This document shows positions 12,508 to 21,443 of a stretch of DNA of 64,000 nucleotides, one piece after another. This DNA comes from an uncultured Actinomycetota bacterium (GTDB taxonomy: Bacteria; Actinomycetota; Actinomycetes; JAHEKZ01). Each line of letters starts with the position of its first letter. The stretch's first letter is position 1. The DNA is taken from NCBI GenBank assembly GCA_963718235.1, contig CAVQYR010000001.1, positions 928,001 to 992,000 of the forward strand, given 5' to 3'. The notes beneath the pieces are model-generated. The model was not told the DNA's origin. It saw only the letters and a program-made list of their open reading frames with translations, and searched no databases. The translations under genes and the position numbers were made by a program.

Positions 12508-12572
12508 CGCGTCAACCGGAGCTCAGGCTCGAGCAGTCCTCGGTGGTCGGGGTGTTCCACGGTTGCTGGGCC
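12508..12572. repeat. 65-bp direct repeat, copy 1 (duplicate of the lipase gene 3' end)
   Basis: Matches 14313-14377 with 3 mismatches; the 48-bp core 12521-12568 is identical. Confidence 0.92.
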
Positions 12573-12589
12573 GTGACCTCAGCCCGATA

Positions 12590-12660
12590 GGTGGTCGTCA
12601 CCCCAGGCCGATGGCGCCCGTCGATCTCGGCCTGGACGACCACCCGCGCAGAGTCACGGG
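12590..12660 (-). mobile_element. Degenerate IS3-family OrfA fragment
   Basis: With one gap the minus strand reads PVTLRGWVVQAEIDGRHRPGVTT. This resembles IS6110-type OrfA ETVRKWVRQAQVDAGARPGTTT, recalled from memory. Confidence 0.6.
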
Positions 12661-12680
12661 GACTCCACTAGCATCCGCGG

Positions 12681-14174
12681 ATGGTCGAACGCCCGCAGGT
12701 CGTCGTCGTGGGAGCAGGTCTCGCCGGACTTCGGTGCGCTGAGCGGTTGGCCCGATCCGGATCGGTCCACGTCGTGCTGCTCGAGGCGCAGGAGCGCGTC
12801 GGTGGGCGATGCTGGTCGTCGCACGGGTGGGCCGACGGTCAGGTGGGCGAGCATGGCGGGGAGCTGATCGAGCCGGGCCAGGCACGTGTTCTGGCACTCG
12901 CAAACGAGCTCGACCTCACCCTGGAGTCACGGCCAGCGGGTCGCCGCGACGTCCGGCTGGTACGGCACGGGGTGGGTAGCGACATGGTGGCCCTGCCCGG
13001 TTTCGTTGAGCTGCTGGGCGCCCTCGAAGAAGACCTGACCCGCATCGGGCCGGTCGACTACCGGGCGCCGAGCAGTGCCCTCGTCGCCCTTGACGAGATG
13101 ACCGTCGCGGACTGGATCGAGGCCCAGGTCGACGGTGGTCGCCGCTCCGAGCTCGGCCAGGTGCTCGAGATGTCCACCTGCCTGGGGCTGGGACGCAGTG
13201 CGTCGGAGCTGTCGGCGGTCTCGCTCATCCACCTCTGGCTCGGCCTCCCTGATGTGGACGACACCGGCGACGCCTTCCGTTTCGGGCAGAACGTGGACGA
13301 CGACGAGGAGGACGAGGACCCGAGCTTCAACGACGCTGTGGTCTCGACCGTCGTCGACTCCTTCCACGTTGCAGGCGGCAACGACCTGATGGCCCGAGCA
13401 CTCGCCGACCGGCTGCCCGACGGTTGCCTGCAGCTCGCGAGCCCGGTCGCCTCGGTCAGCAGGCGAGCCGACGGTCGCCTGGTCGTCGAGGTCGCCGGCG
13501 ACTCGCAGCCGCTGGTCGCCGACCGCGTCGTGCTCGCCGCCCCGCTGGGGGCGCTGGGCAACATCGACCTCTCCGGTGCGGACCTGTCCCAGCGTCGTCA
13601 CGACGCGTTCGCACAGCTGCTGATGGGGCAGCACTCGAAGGTCCTCGCGCAGCTGGACGAACGGCCGGAGATGATCGCCGGATGGCCACGCGTCGGGCTG
13701 TTCGACGGACCGGTCGGTGTCGGCTGGGCGACGTCGGAGGGGCAGCCGGGTCAAGCCGGTCTGTTCACGCTGTTCGCCCAGCACGTCGTCTCGCCCCCCG
13801 CAGGCGGACACGGCGACGCAGACTCCGAGACCCGGTCGTGGCTCGGCTCCCTGCTGACCGCGATGACCCCCGGCGCTGCCGACCACCTGGGGTCCAGGGT
13901 CTGGGCCGACAGCTGGGTCCACGACCCGTGGACGGGCGGGTCGTACGCAGCGTTCGGGCCGGGCCACTACGCCCGCTACGCCGGCTTCATGGGCCAGCCG
14001 GAGGGCAACATCCACTTCGCCGGGGAGCACACGGTCCTTTCGACCATGGGCTACCTCGACGGTGCTGTCGGCAGCGGCGAGCGCGCAGCGCGGGAGGTTC
14101 TCGCCTCGCTGAGTCACCGACCAGTCACCGACCCTGAGGACCGCCGGGCGCATCGCACACACGGTGCGCGTTGA
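12681..14174 (+). CDS. Flavin monoamine oxidase family protein
   Basis: Motifs VVVVGAGLAGL, EAQERVGGR, HFAGEH and GYLDGAVGSGERAA. Confidence 0.9.
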   Translation: MVERPQVVVVGAGLAGLRCAERLARSGSVHVVLLEAQERVGGRCWSSHGWADGQVGEHGGELIEPGQARVLALANELDLTLESRPAGRRDVRLVRHGVGSDMVALPGFVELLGALEEDLTRIGPVDYRAPSSALVALDEMTVADWIEAQVDGGRRSELGQVLEMSTCLGLGRSASELSAVSLIHLWLGLPDVDDTGDAFRFGQNVDDDEEDEDPSFNDAVVSTVVDSFHVAGGNDLMARALADRLPDGCLQLASPVASVSRRADGRLVVEVAGDSQPLVADRVVLAAPLGALGNIDLSGADLSQRRHDAFAQLLMGQHSKVLAQLDERPEMIAGWPRVGLFDGPVGVGWATSEGQPGQAGLFTLFAQHVVSPPAGGHGDADSETRSWLGSLLTAMTPGAADHLGSRVWADSWVHDPWTGGSYAAFGPGHYARYAGFMGQPEGNIHFAGEHTVLSTMGYLDGAVGSGERAAREVLASLSHRPVTDPEDRRAHRTHGAR

Positions 14175-14312
14175 CGGGGTGTGTTAAGACCCTGAGGATC
14201 CCGGTACCGGGCACATGACCGCGCGAAGCACGGCGGAGTTACCACCCGCGGACAGTCGGATCAGGGTGCGATCAGCGGAGTCTTCGAGGCCAAGCGGTGT
14301 GAGGTCGGCGGA

Positions 14313-14377
14313 CGCGTCAACCCGCGCTCAGGCTCGAGCAGTCCTCGGTGGTCGGGGTGTTCCACGGTTGCTGCGCC
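14313..14377. repeat. 65-bp direct repeat, copy 2
   Basis: Matches 12508-12572 and contains the last codons and stop of the lipase gene. Confidence 0.92.
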
Positions 14378-15120
14378 ACTGCGCGCACGACGATCGCGAC
14401 GGACAACCGCTGCGTGACCAGCTGGCCGTGGGCGACCTCGACGTCCGAGCAGACTTCCTGCAGCAGCACGTTGGAGGCACCGTCCATCGCGGTGGTCCCG
14501 TCGGGACGGACGACCTCGTCGGTCGACGACCGGACGGTGATCCAGGCCGGGCCGTCGGGGGTCGGGTCGGGGCTGTTGAGCCGCTCGAGGAGCTCGCTGC
14601 CGGGCACCATCTGCTGACAGGCCGTCGGGCACGCACCGAGGGTCGCTCCGAGGGCCGCGGTCTCCGTCCCCGCGTTCGGCGTCCCGACGGTGACGACCCG
14701 CCGTGCGATTGCTGCGCCACCGAGGTCGCGGGCCCAGGCCCGGGCGACGAGCCCACCCATGGAGAACCCGACCACGTCGACCGGTGCACCTGTGGCCGAG
14801 GCTCGGCCCACGGCGTCGGCGAGCACGGGGGCCATCGCGACGATGTCTCCGGTCCCGTCTCCGGGCAGGGTCACGGTGCTGACCGGGTGTCCTGCGGCGG
14901 ACAGCGCCGCGGCCAGCGAGCGGACACTCGACGGCGAGCCGCCGTACCCGGGCACGAGCACCACTGCCGACAGGGGCTGCTCGGCGGGCTCCTGTGCGGT
15001 CACCGCCGCGGCCGGGTCCGCCTCAGTGCCCAAGAGCGACCGTTGCGCGACCAGCAGCCCGGCGGCAGCGACCAAGGCTGCTGCGGTGACCAGGGTGAAG
15101 CGGGAGCGGACCAGGCTCAC
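14317..15120 (-). CDS. Secreted lipase/esterase (alpha/beta hydrolase)
   Basis: Motifs LVPGYGG, VVGFSMGG and TVGTPNAGT; N-terminal signal or TM segment. Start approximate. Confidence 0.85.
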   Translation of the reverse strand: MSLVRSRFTLVTAAALVAAAGLLVAQRSLLGTEADPAAAVTAQEPAEQPLSAVVLVPGYGGSPSSVRSLAAALSAAGHPVSTVTLPGDGTGDIVAMAPVLADAVGRASATGAPVDVVGFSMGGLVARAWARDLGGAAIARRVVTVGTPNAGTETAALGATLGACPTACQQMVPGSELLERLNSPDPTPDGPAWITVRSSTDEVVRPDGTTAMDGASNVLLQEVCSDVEVAHGQLVTQRLSVAIVVRAVAQQPWNTPTTEDCSSLSAG

Positions 15121-15127
15121 GACGGAG

Positions 15128-15832
15128 TCACCCCTGGCTGACGGCGAGCGCCGACTCGATGGCGTCGAGGCCCTGGTCGCCGGCGACGGCGAAGAAGAAC
15201 ACCCGGGCATCGACCCGTCGGACGCCCTCGGTCCACAGCGGTGTGGCGCCGAGGTGCTCGTCGCGCTCAGCGATGAACGTGTCCGGGCTGTCCCTCAGCA
15301 CGGTGACGGTGGCGCGCGAGCTGCGGGACTCCTGGCACGTACGCATGACCTGGGCGCGACGCTGGAAGAACGAGACAGCGACCTCCGGGGACGAGAACTC
15401 GAGCACGAGACCCACCGCCGGAGTCCCGTCGTCTCGACCATACGTGACCTCGAGTGCGGCCTCCGGGGTCGGGAGGACCAGCGGTCGGCAGCCGAGCGGG
15501 GTGATGGCGGCAACCACCTCGTCGACGTCGCGCGCCATGGCCGGTGTCCCGTTGCCCTGGTAGCCGTCTTCGGTGCTCCCGTTGTCCACGCGGTACTCCC
15601 ACCGAGGCCCCAGGGACCTGGGCTTGGGGAGGGATGCCTGGCTCAGGCTGCCGCTGCGGTCGGAGGGAACCGTCGGGTCCGGTCGGGCGGACACGGCGTC
15701 GAACGGTGCGGTCGTCGTCGACGCTGTGTTCGACGGGGAGCATCCCGCCAGGAGCACGGTGAGGAGCAGGAGCCCGACGCACGACAACGCCGGTCCGACC
15801 CTGCGGCCCGGTCCGGTGGGGTCACCCACCAT
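15128..15832 (-). CDS. Putative lipoprotein
   Basis: Lipobox LLAGC after a hydrophobic stretch. Confidence 0.75.
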   Translation of the reverse strand: MVGDPTGPGRRVGPALSCVGLLLLTVLLAGCSPSNTASTTTAPFDAVSARPDPTVPSDRSGSLSQASLPKPRSLGPRWEYRVDNGSTEDGYQGNGTPAMARDVDEVVAAITPLGCRPLVLPTPEAALEVTYGRDDGTPAVGLVLEFSSPEVAVSFFQRRAQVMRTCQESRSSRATVTVLRDSPDTFIAERDEHLGATPLWTEGVRRVDARVFFFAVAGDQGLDAIESALAVSQG

Positions 15833-17213
15833 TGCGCGACCAGTGCTGGTAGTCGGGGTTGCTCCACCGAGCTCCCCACAACCAGCCTCGATCGAACAGC
15901 GCCGAGGCGATCACGGAGCCCGCCGTGATCACTCCAGGGTCGCGCCGGTGCTCGCTGCGGTTGTGGTAATAGCGCCGGGCGGCAGCTGCCGGGTAGACGC
16001 GCGAGTTCGTGACGTACGGGTTCTCGAACGGGTTGATGTCGATGGCGTCGCCCCAGGAGTGCTGCGACATCCGGTAGGGGTTCCCGGTGACGTGCCGGCA
16101 GTTGAACGCCGATGTGGCTCCCGCTGCCATCGCGCGTTCGTCGACGCCTCGATAGGCATCCGCCGGCACCAGCTTCTTGATCGCGAAGTCCCCGCGCAGC
16201 GCTGCTCGGAAGACGTGGATGTAGTCGGCCACCACCCAGGACGAGCCGATCAGGGTCCCCCGCTGCACGCGTCCCTGGTAGTCCCAGTAGTTCAGGTCGA
16301 TCGCTCGCAGCCGCTCGGGGCCGACCGGACAGCCGGGCCGCCAGGTGTAGGGCACTGCACGACGGGTGACACCGCGCACCGTCGGGTCCAGCCGCACCAC
16401 GACGTGCACGCGCTCCACGTCGCTGGTCGCGATCCCCCCGTCGGGCCAGGCGGCCTCGGCACGCCAGCGGACGACGCCCGGAGCGCGAGGGATCCACTCG
16501 CTGGTGAACGACCCGTCACGGCGCACGGTGACCGTCCCGGCGCGGGTCCAGTCTGCGTCGGTTCGCCGGAACAGCCGCACCGTGGGTCGACCCTCGTCGG
16601 TCGGGGTGACCACTCCGCTCAGAGACTGGGTCGCGAGGGCGTGCGCGACGGGTCGAGCCCGCAGTCGCACGACCTGCGTGCGTCCGACCGCGACCGTGAT
16701 CGTGGCCGAGGCCTCGCCGCCTCGGCCGTCGACCACGGTGTATGTGAGGGTGTCGACGCCGACCTGCGTCCCGTTAGGGGTGTAGCGCACGACATCGCCC
16801 TCGACGAGAGCCTGACCGAGCACGCCGGGAGTCACCGCGACCACGTGAAGCGGGTCACCCTCGGTGTCGCTGTCGTTGTCGAGGACAGCGATCACGACGC
16901 TCGACCCCCAGCGCACCGCCGTGAGGTCGTCGACGACCAGAGGGTCGGTGTTGGTGGATGGACCGGTGGCCCCGCTGCCGGGCGGCGTCGGGTCGGCGGC
17001 GGTGCTCGGCGAGGTCGCGGCCGCCGGGTCGGACACGGTGTCGGGCGCGGGGTCAGACGTGCTCCCGGAGGGGGAGGGGCTGGACGTGGGGGCCGGCGTG
17101 GTGGCATCGACGGGCGCGACCGGGTCGTCGGCGGATGCGGCCATGGCGGGGACCAGGGCCGCAGCGAGCGCGAGCCCTGCGAGCGTGGTGACGAACGCGG
17201 TATGTCGGTGCAC
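15822..17213 (-). CDS. Secreted M15-family metallopeptidase with Ig-like domain
   Basis: GAGGA RBS before GTG 17213; signal peptide, P/S/T linker, VLDNDSD.EGD Ig-like motif, AFNCR and SQHSWGDAIDINP..NPY, DYQH. Confidence 0.88.
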   Translation of the reverse strand: MHRHTAFVTTLAGLALAAALVPAMAASADDPVAPVDATTPAPTSSPSPSGSTSDPAPDTVSDPAAATSPSTAADPTPPGSGATGPSTNTDPLVVDDLTAVRWGSSVVIAVLDNDSDTEGDPLHVVAVTPGVLGQALVEGDVVRYTPNGTQVGVDTLTYTVVDGRGGEASATITVAVGRTQVVRLRARPVAHALATQSLSGVVTPTDEGRPTVRLFRRTDADWTRAGTVTVRRDGSFTSEWIPRAPGVVRWRAEAAWPDGGIATSDVERVHVVVRLDPTVRGVTRRAVPYTWRPGCPVGPERLRAIDLNYWDYQGRVQRGTLIGSSWVVADYIHVFRAALRGDFAIKKLVPADAYRGVDERAMAAGATSAFNCRHVTGNPYRMSQHSWGDAIDINPFENPYVTNSRVYPAAAARRYYHNRSEHRRDPGVITAGSVIASALFDRGWLWGARWSNPDYQHWSRNGG

Positions 17214-17345
17214 GGATGTCCTCGGGTGGCAGTCGGTCCCCCTAGGCGGCATCGGCACGAGTCCCCAAGGAGTTGACCCCGTGCCGGTCCCGGGCTTGGC
17301 GTCGGGCCACCGGACGCGTGCTCGGGTCGCGTACCCTCGTGACAC

Positions 17346-18455
17346 GTGGCCACCCTCGAACCCGCCGACGCGATCAAAGAGCTCGACGCGACCTTGACCA
17401 GCGTCGAGGCCGTGCTCGACCTCGACGGACTGCGCGCAGAGGCGGGTGGGCTGGAGCAGCGGGCGGCCGCCCCGGACCTGTGGGACGACGTCGAGGCGGC
17501 GCAGCGGATCACCAGCCGGCTGTCCTTCGTGCAGGGAGAGATCCGCCGGGCCGAGACCCTTCGCCAGCGGGTCGACGACCTCGCGGTGCTGCTCGAGCTG
17601 GCCGACGCGGAGGCCGACGCCGAGGTGGCCGGCGAGGTCGATGCGGAGATCGTCGATCTGCAGAAGCAGATCGGCGACCTCGAGGTCCGCACACTTCTGT
17701 CCGGTGAGTACGACGCCCGTGAGGCGCTGATGACCATTCGCGCCGAAGCAGGCGGAGTCGACGCAGCCGACTTCGCGGACATGCTCATGCGCATGTACAC
17801 GCGGTGGGCGGAGCGCCACGGCTACAAGGTCGAGGTCTTCGACATCTCCTACGCCGAGGAGGCCGGGATCAAGTCGGCCACCTTCCGGATCGACGCTCCC
17901 TACGCCTACGGAACCCTCAGCGTGGAGCAGGGCACTCACCGGCTGGTGCGGATCTCACCGTTCGACAACCAGGGGCGTCGTCAGACGTCGTTCGCCGGGG
18001 TCGAGGTCCTCCCGGTCGTCGAGCAGACCGACCACATCGAGATCCCCGAGAACGAGATCCGGATCGACGTGTTCCGCTCGAGCGGGCCGGGCGGCCAGAG
18101 CGTCAACACCACCGACTCCGCCGTACGGATCACCCACCTGCCGACTGGCATCGTGGTCAGCTGCCAGAACGAGAAGAGCCAGATCCAGAACCGGGCCGCC
18201 GCGCTGCGTGTCCTCCAGTCGCGCCTGCTGGCTCGTCGCCAGGAGGAGGAGCAGGCCAAGATGAACGCGCTGAAGGGCGACACCAGCGGCTCCTGGGGCA
18301 ACCAGATGCGCTCCTACGTGCTGCACCCCTACCAGATGGTCAAGGACCTGCGGACCGAGCACGAGGTGGGCAACCCGGCCGCGGTGCTGGACGGTGACAT
18401 CGACGACTTCATCGAGGCCGGGATCCGGTGGCGGATGCGCCGCGACCGGTCGTGA
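17346..18455 (+). CDS. prfB: Peptide chain release factor 2
   Basis: SPF and GGQ motifs; continuous frame. Confidence 0.97.
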   Translation: MATLEPADAIKELDATLTSVEAVLDLDGLRAEAGGLEQRAAAPDLWDDVEAAQRITSRLSFVQGEIRRAETLRQRVDDLAVLLELADAEADAEVAGEVDAEIVDLQKQIGDLEVRTLLSGEYDAREALMTIRAEAGGVDAADFADMLMRMYTRWAERHGYKVEVFDISYAEEAGIKSATFRIDAPYAYGTLSVEQGTHRLVRISPFDNQGRRQTSFAGVEVLPVVEQTDHIEIPENEIRIDVFRSSGPGGQSVNTTDSAVRITHLPTGIVVSCQNEKSQIQNRAAALRVLQSRLLARRQEEEQAKMNALKGDTSGSWGNQMRSYVLHPYQMVKDLRTEHEVGNPAAVLDGDIDDFIEAGIRWRMRRDRS

Positions 18456-18680
18456 CCCATACGTGGCGATCCGGTCACTGAGTGTCACCAAGGCCCGTCG
18501 CACCCGGGTGAGCAGGTCCGTTCGAGTCCCACACTGCGTGACCGTTCTTCGCTAGGGTGACCGCAGAGCCGGGGAGGCTTGGATCCGTGACCTGTTACAC
18601 GGTCACCTGCGGGCGCGCAGCCCGGCGGTCACGGGGAGCCAGCGGTGAGACCGACCCCACTCGTGAGGAAGGGATCGGTC

Positions 18681-19622
18681 ATGGGGGTTTCCCGACCCGC
18701 TCGGGCTGCTCGCTGGGCGGGCGTGGCACTCGTCGCACTCGCACCGCTGCCGCTGCTCGCGGTCGCAGCCTCGGCCGACACCACGTCTCTCACGGCGCGC
18801 TCGACGAGTGGTTCCGGCGGGAGTCTCAGCATCCACGACGAGAGCACGCCGGCCGGCACTCCCGGCGACGACCTGGTCACTTGCGTCTTCAGCGTCGAGG
18901 GCTTCTCCTTCGCCACCGGCCAGACCGGCTTCGTGCTGCTCGAACCGCTGGGCGGCGACGGCCAGGGCAGCGGCGGCGGGGACAGCCCGGTCGGCCCGCT
19001 CGCGTGGGGACCGGCCGACGGCAGCGGGTTCGCGGCCACCGACTACATCAACAGCGGCAGTGGGTTCCGTGCCGTCAACGGCGCGTACCAGGCGGTGCTC
19101 TACCGCAAGATGCTGCCCACCGGTGAGCTGACCGACGTGGTGGCGACCTCCAGCGTCTTCACCGTCGACTGCGGCGGCGACAACACGGCCTCGCCCAAGC
19201 CGACCAAGTCGAGTGGCTCGCCACGCCCAACCACCACGTCGGCCTCGGTCACCCCGACCACGACCTCCGGGTCGGTCACCCCGACCACGACCTCCGGGTC
19301 GGTCACCCCGACCACGACCTCCGGGTCGGTCACCCCGACGACGACCTCCGGGTCGGTCACCCCGACGTCGACGTCGCCGTCGTTCACCGAGGGCTCGAGC
19401 AGCGCCCCGGGCACCACGTCGGCGCCTGGGCCGACCAAGACGAGCAAGCAGCCCACGGTGCTCCCGACCCGGTCCAGCCAGCCGGCCGTGCTGCCCCAGA
19501 CCGGTGCGGGGTTCCCGACCGCCCCGGCTCTGGCCGCCTCACTGCTGCTGATCGTCGTGGGTGGGGTGCTCATCCTCGGCCCGGGACGTGCCGTACCGGC
19601 CAGTAGGCACCGGCGCCACTGA
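18681..19622 (+). CDS. Secreted Ser/Thr-rich sortase-anchored surface protein
   Basis: Signal peptide, SVTPTTTSG repeats, LPQTG motif, TM helix and basic tail. Confidence 0.8.
   Translation: MGVSRPARAARWAGVALVALAPLPLLAVAASADTTSLTARSTSGSGGSLSIHDESTPAGTPGDDLVTCVFSVEGFSFATGQTGFVLLEPLGGDGQGSGGGDSPVGPLAWGPADGSGFAATDYINSGSGFRAVNGAYQAVLYRKMLPTGELTDVVATSSVFTVDCGGDNTASPKPTKSSGSPRPTTTSASVTPTTTSGSVTPTTTSGSVTPTTTSGSVTPTTTSGSVTPTSTSPSFTEGSSSAPGTTSAPGPTKTSKQPTVLPTRSSQPAVLPQTGAGFPTAPALAASLLLIVVGGVLILGPGRAVPASRHRRH
19245..19367 (+). repeat. 27-bp tandem repeat, about 4.5 copies (SVTPTTTSG)
   Basis: TCGGTCACCCCGACCACGACCTCCGGG-type units start at 19245, 19272, 19299 and 19326, with a partial unit at 19353. 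Confidence 0.9.
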
Positions 19623-19786
19623 CCCCTGACCGGCTGCGCCGACCGTGACCCACGGACGGCGCGCCGGGCTGTGCCTGGCCGAACCCACGTCCGGGGCCCC
19701 GTAGACTCCCCTCATCCGGCCGTCCTCGGCCCGCCCGCGGGCCTGCTTCCCCCAGCCCCCGACCCGGCCGGTGTGAGACGACTGCC

Positions 19787-20476
19787 GTGATCAGGTTCGA
19801 CGACGTCACCAAGGTGTACGCCAGCCAGGCCCGCCCCGCCCTCGACGGTGTGACCGCCGAGATCGAGAAGGGCGAGTTCGTGTTCCTCGTGGGCGCGTCC
19901 GGCTCCGGCAAGTCGACCTTCCTGAGGCTCGTGCTGCGCGAGGAACGGGCGACCGACGGCGTCGTGTACGTCGCGGGCAAGGACGTGTCCCGGCTCTCCA
20001 ACTGGAAGGTGCCGCAGCTGCGCCGCCAGATCGGCACCGTGTTCCAGGACTTCCGGCTGTTGCCGAACAAGACCGTGCACGGCAACGTCGCCTTCGCCCT
20101 GGAAGTGACGGGCCGTCCGCAGCACGCCATCTCCAAGGTGGTGCCGGAGGTGCTGGAGCTCGTCGGTCTCGCCGGTAAGGAGGGGCGGTACCCCGGTGAG
20201 CTGTCCGGGGGTGAGCAGCAGCGGGTGGCCATCGCGCGCGCGTTCGCCAACCGGCCCTCGATCCTGATCGCTGACGAGCCCACCGGGAACCTCGACCCCA
20301 ACACGTCGGTGGGGATCATGAAGCTGCTCGACCGGATCAACCGCACGGGCACCACGGTGGTGATGGCCACCCACGACGCCGAAATCGTCGACCAGATGCG
20401 CAAGCGGGTCATCGAGCTCGAGAAGGGCCTGTTGATCCGCGACCAGGCACGAGGGGTCTACGGGTTCGCCCGCTGA
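19787..20476 (+). CDS. ftsE: Cell division ATP-binding protein FtsE
   Basis: [17 protein letters not shown] and LSGGEQQR; lies next to ftsX. Confidence 0.96.
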   Translation: MIRFDDVTKVYASQARPALDGVTAEIEKGEFVFLVGASGSGKSTFLRLVLREERATDGVVYVAGKDVSRLSNWKVPQLRRQIGTVFQDFRLLPNKTVHGNVAFALEVTGRPQHAISKVVPEVLELVGLAGKEGRYPGELSGGEQQRVAIARAFANRPSILIADEPTGNLDPNTSVGIMKLLDRINRTGTTVVMATHDAEIVDQMRKRVIELEKGLLIRDQARGVYGFAR

Positions 20477-20512
20477 CCTCTCGACCCGAACTGCCCTCAA
20501 CCGAGAAGAGCC

Positions 20513-21418
20513 ATGCGTCCACAACTGATCCTGAGCGAAGCCGCGACCGGGTTGCGCCGCAACATCACCATGACCGTTGCGGCGGTGCTCGTCATCGCCA
20601 TCGCCCTGGCTCTGTTCGGCGTGGCGCTTCTGATCAGGCAGCAGATCAACGTGATGAAGGGCTTCTGGTACGACAAGGTCGAGGTGTCGATCTTCCTGTG
20701 CGGCGAGACCTCCGACGCACCGAGCTGTGCTGACGGCGCGGTCACCGACGCGCAGCGTCTGCAGATCCAGGCCGACCTGCAGGCGACCCCCCAGGTCGAG
20801 AAGGTCTTCTACGAGTCCAAGGAACGCGCGTTCGAGCTCTTCAAGGAGCAGTTCAGCGACTCGGCGATCGTCGACAACGTGACCGCGGAGTCGCTTCCGG
20901 AGTCGTTCCGGGTGAAGCTGCGCAACCCTGAGACCGACTACGTCATCGTCGCCAGTCAGTTCGACGGGCGCCCTGGCATCGAGCGCGTCGTCGACCAGCG
21001 GGAGTACTTCAGCCAGCTGTTCAGCGTGCTCAACACCTTCCGGTTCGCCTCGCTGCTGATCGCCGGGTTCGCCCTGGCCGCGATGGTGCTCCTGATCGTC
21101 GTCGTGATCCGGGTCGCCGCCTTCAGCCGCCGTCGGGAGACCGGGATCATGCGGCTGGTCGGTGCGTCCAACTTCTCCATCCAGCTACCGTTCCTGCTCG
21201 AGGGGGCGTTCGCCGGGCTGGTGGGCGCTGCCCTGGCCGTCACGCTGCTCGCAGTCGGCAAGGTCTTCCTGGTCGGCAACCTGTCGGACAAGATCCAGTT
21301 CACCCCGTTCATCAACTGGAGCGACTTCGGGATCACCTTCGCCGTGCTCTTCGCTCTCGGGGTGGGGCTGTCCGGTCTGATCTCCTACCTCGCCCTGCTG
21401 AAGTACCTTCGAGTGTGA
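20513..21418 (+). CDS. ftsX: Cell division permease FtsX
   Basis: GLRRN, WYDKVEVSIFL, RRRETGIMRLVGAS and PFLLEG. Confidence 0.95.
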   Translation: MRPQLILSEAATGLRRNITMTVAAVLVIAIALALFGVALLIRQQINVMKGFWYDKVEVSIFLCGETSDAPSCADGAVTDAQRLQIQADLQATPQVEKVFYESKERAFELFKEQFSDSAIVDNVTAESLPESFRVKLRNPETDYVIVASQFDGRPGIERVVDQREYFSQLFSVLNTFRFASLLIAGFALAAMVLLIVVVIRVAAFSRRRETGIMRLVGASNFSIQLPFLLEGAFAGLVGAALAVTLLAVGKVFLVGNLSDKIQFTPFINWSDFGITFAVLFALGVGLSGLISYLALLKYLRV

Positions 21419-21443
21419 GCCGAGCCTGAGGAGAGGAGGAGCC

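Noticed and set aside
15573-17276. Long alternative-frame and antisense ORFs (also 27502-29175, 43066-44853, 56115-57578 and others)
   Set aside because: Shadow ORFs typical of high-GC DNA, overlapping genes with clear motifs.
17346-18455. Programmed +1 frameshift in prfB
   Set aside because: The ORF is continuous, which is normal for Actinobacteria.
18505-18535. tRNA-like GTTCGAGTCCC
   Set aside because: Only a T-loop-like word; no T-stem, acceptor stem or cloverleaf could be built.
19245-19367. CRISPR-like array
   Set aside because: Contiguous in-frame 27-bp coding repeats with no spacers and no cas genes.
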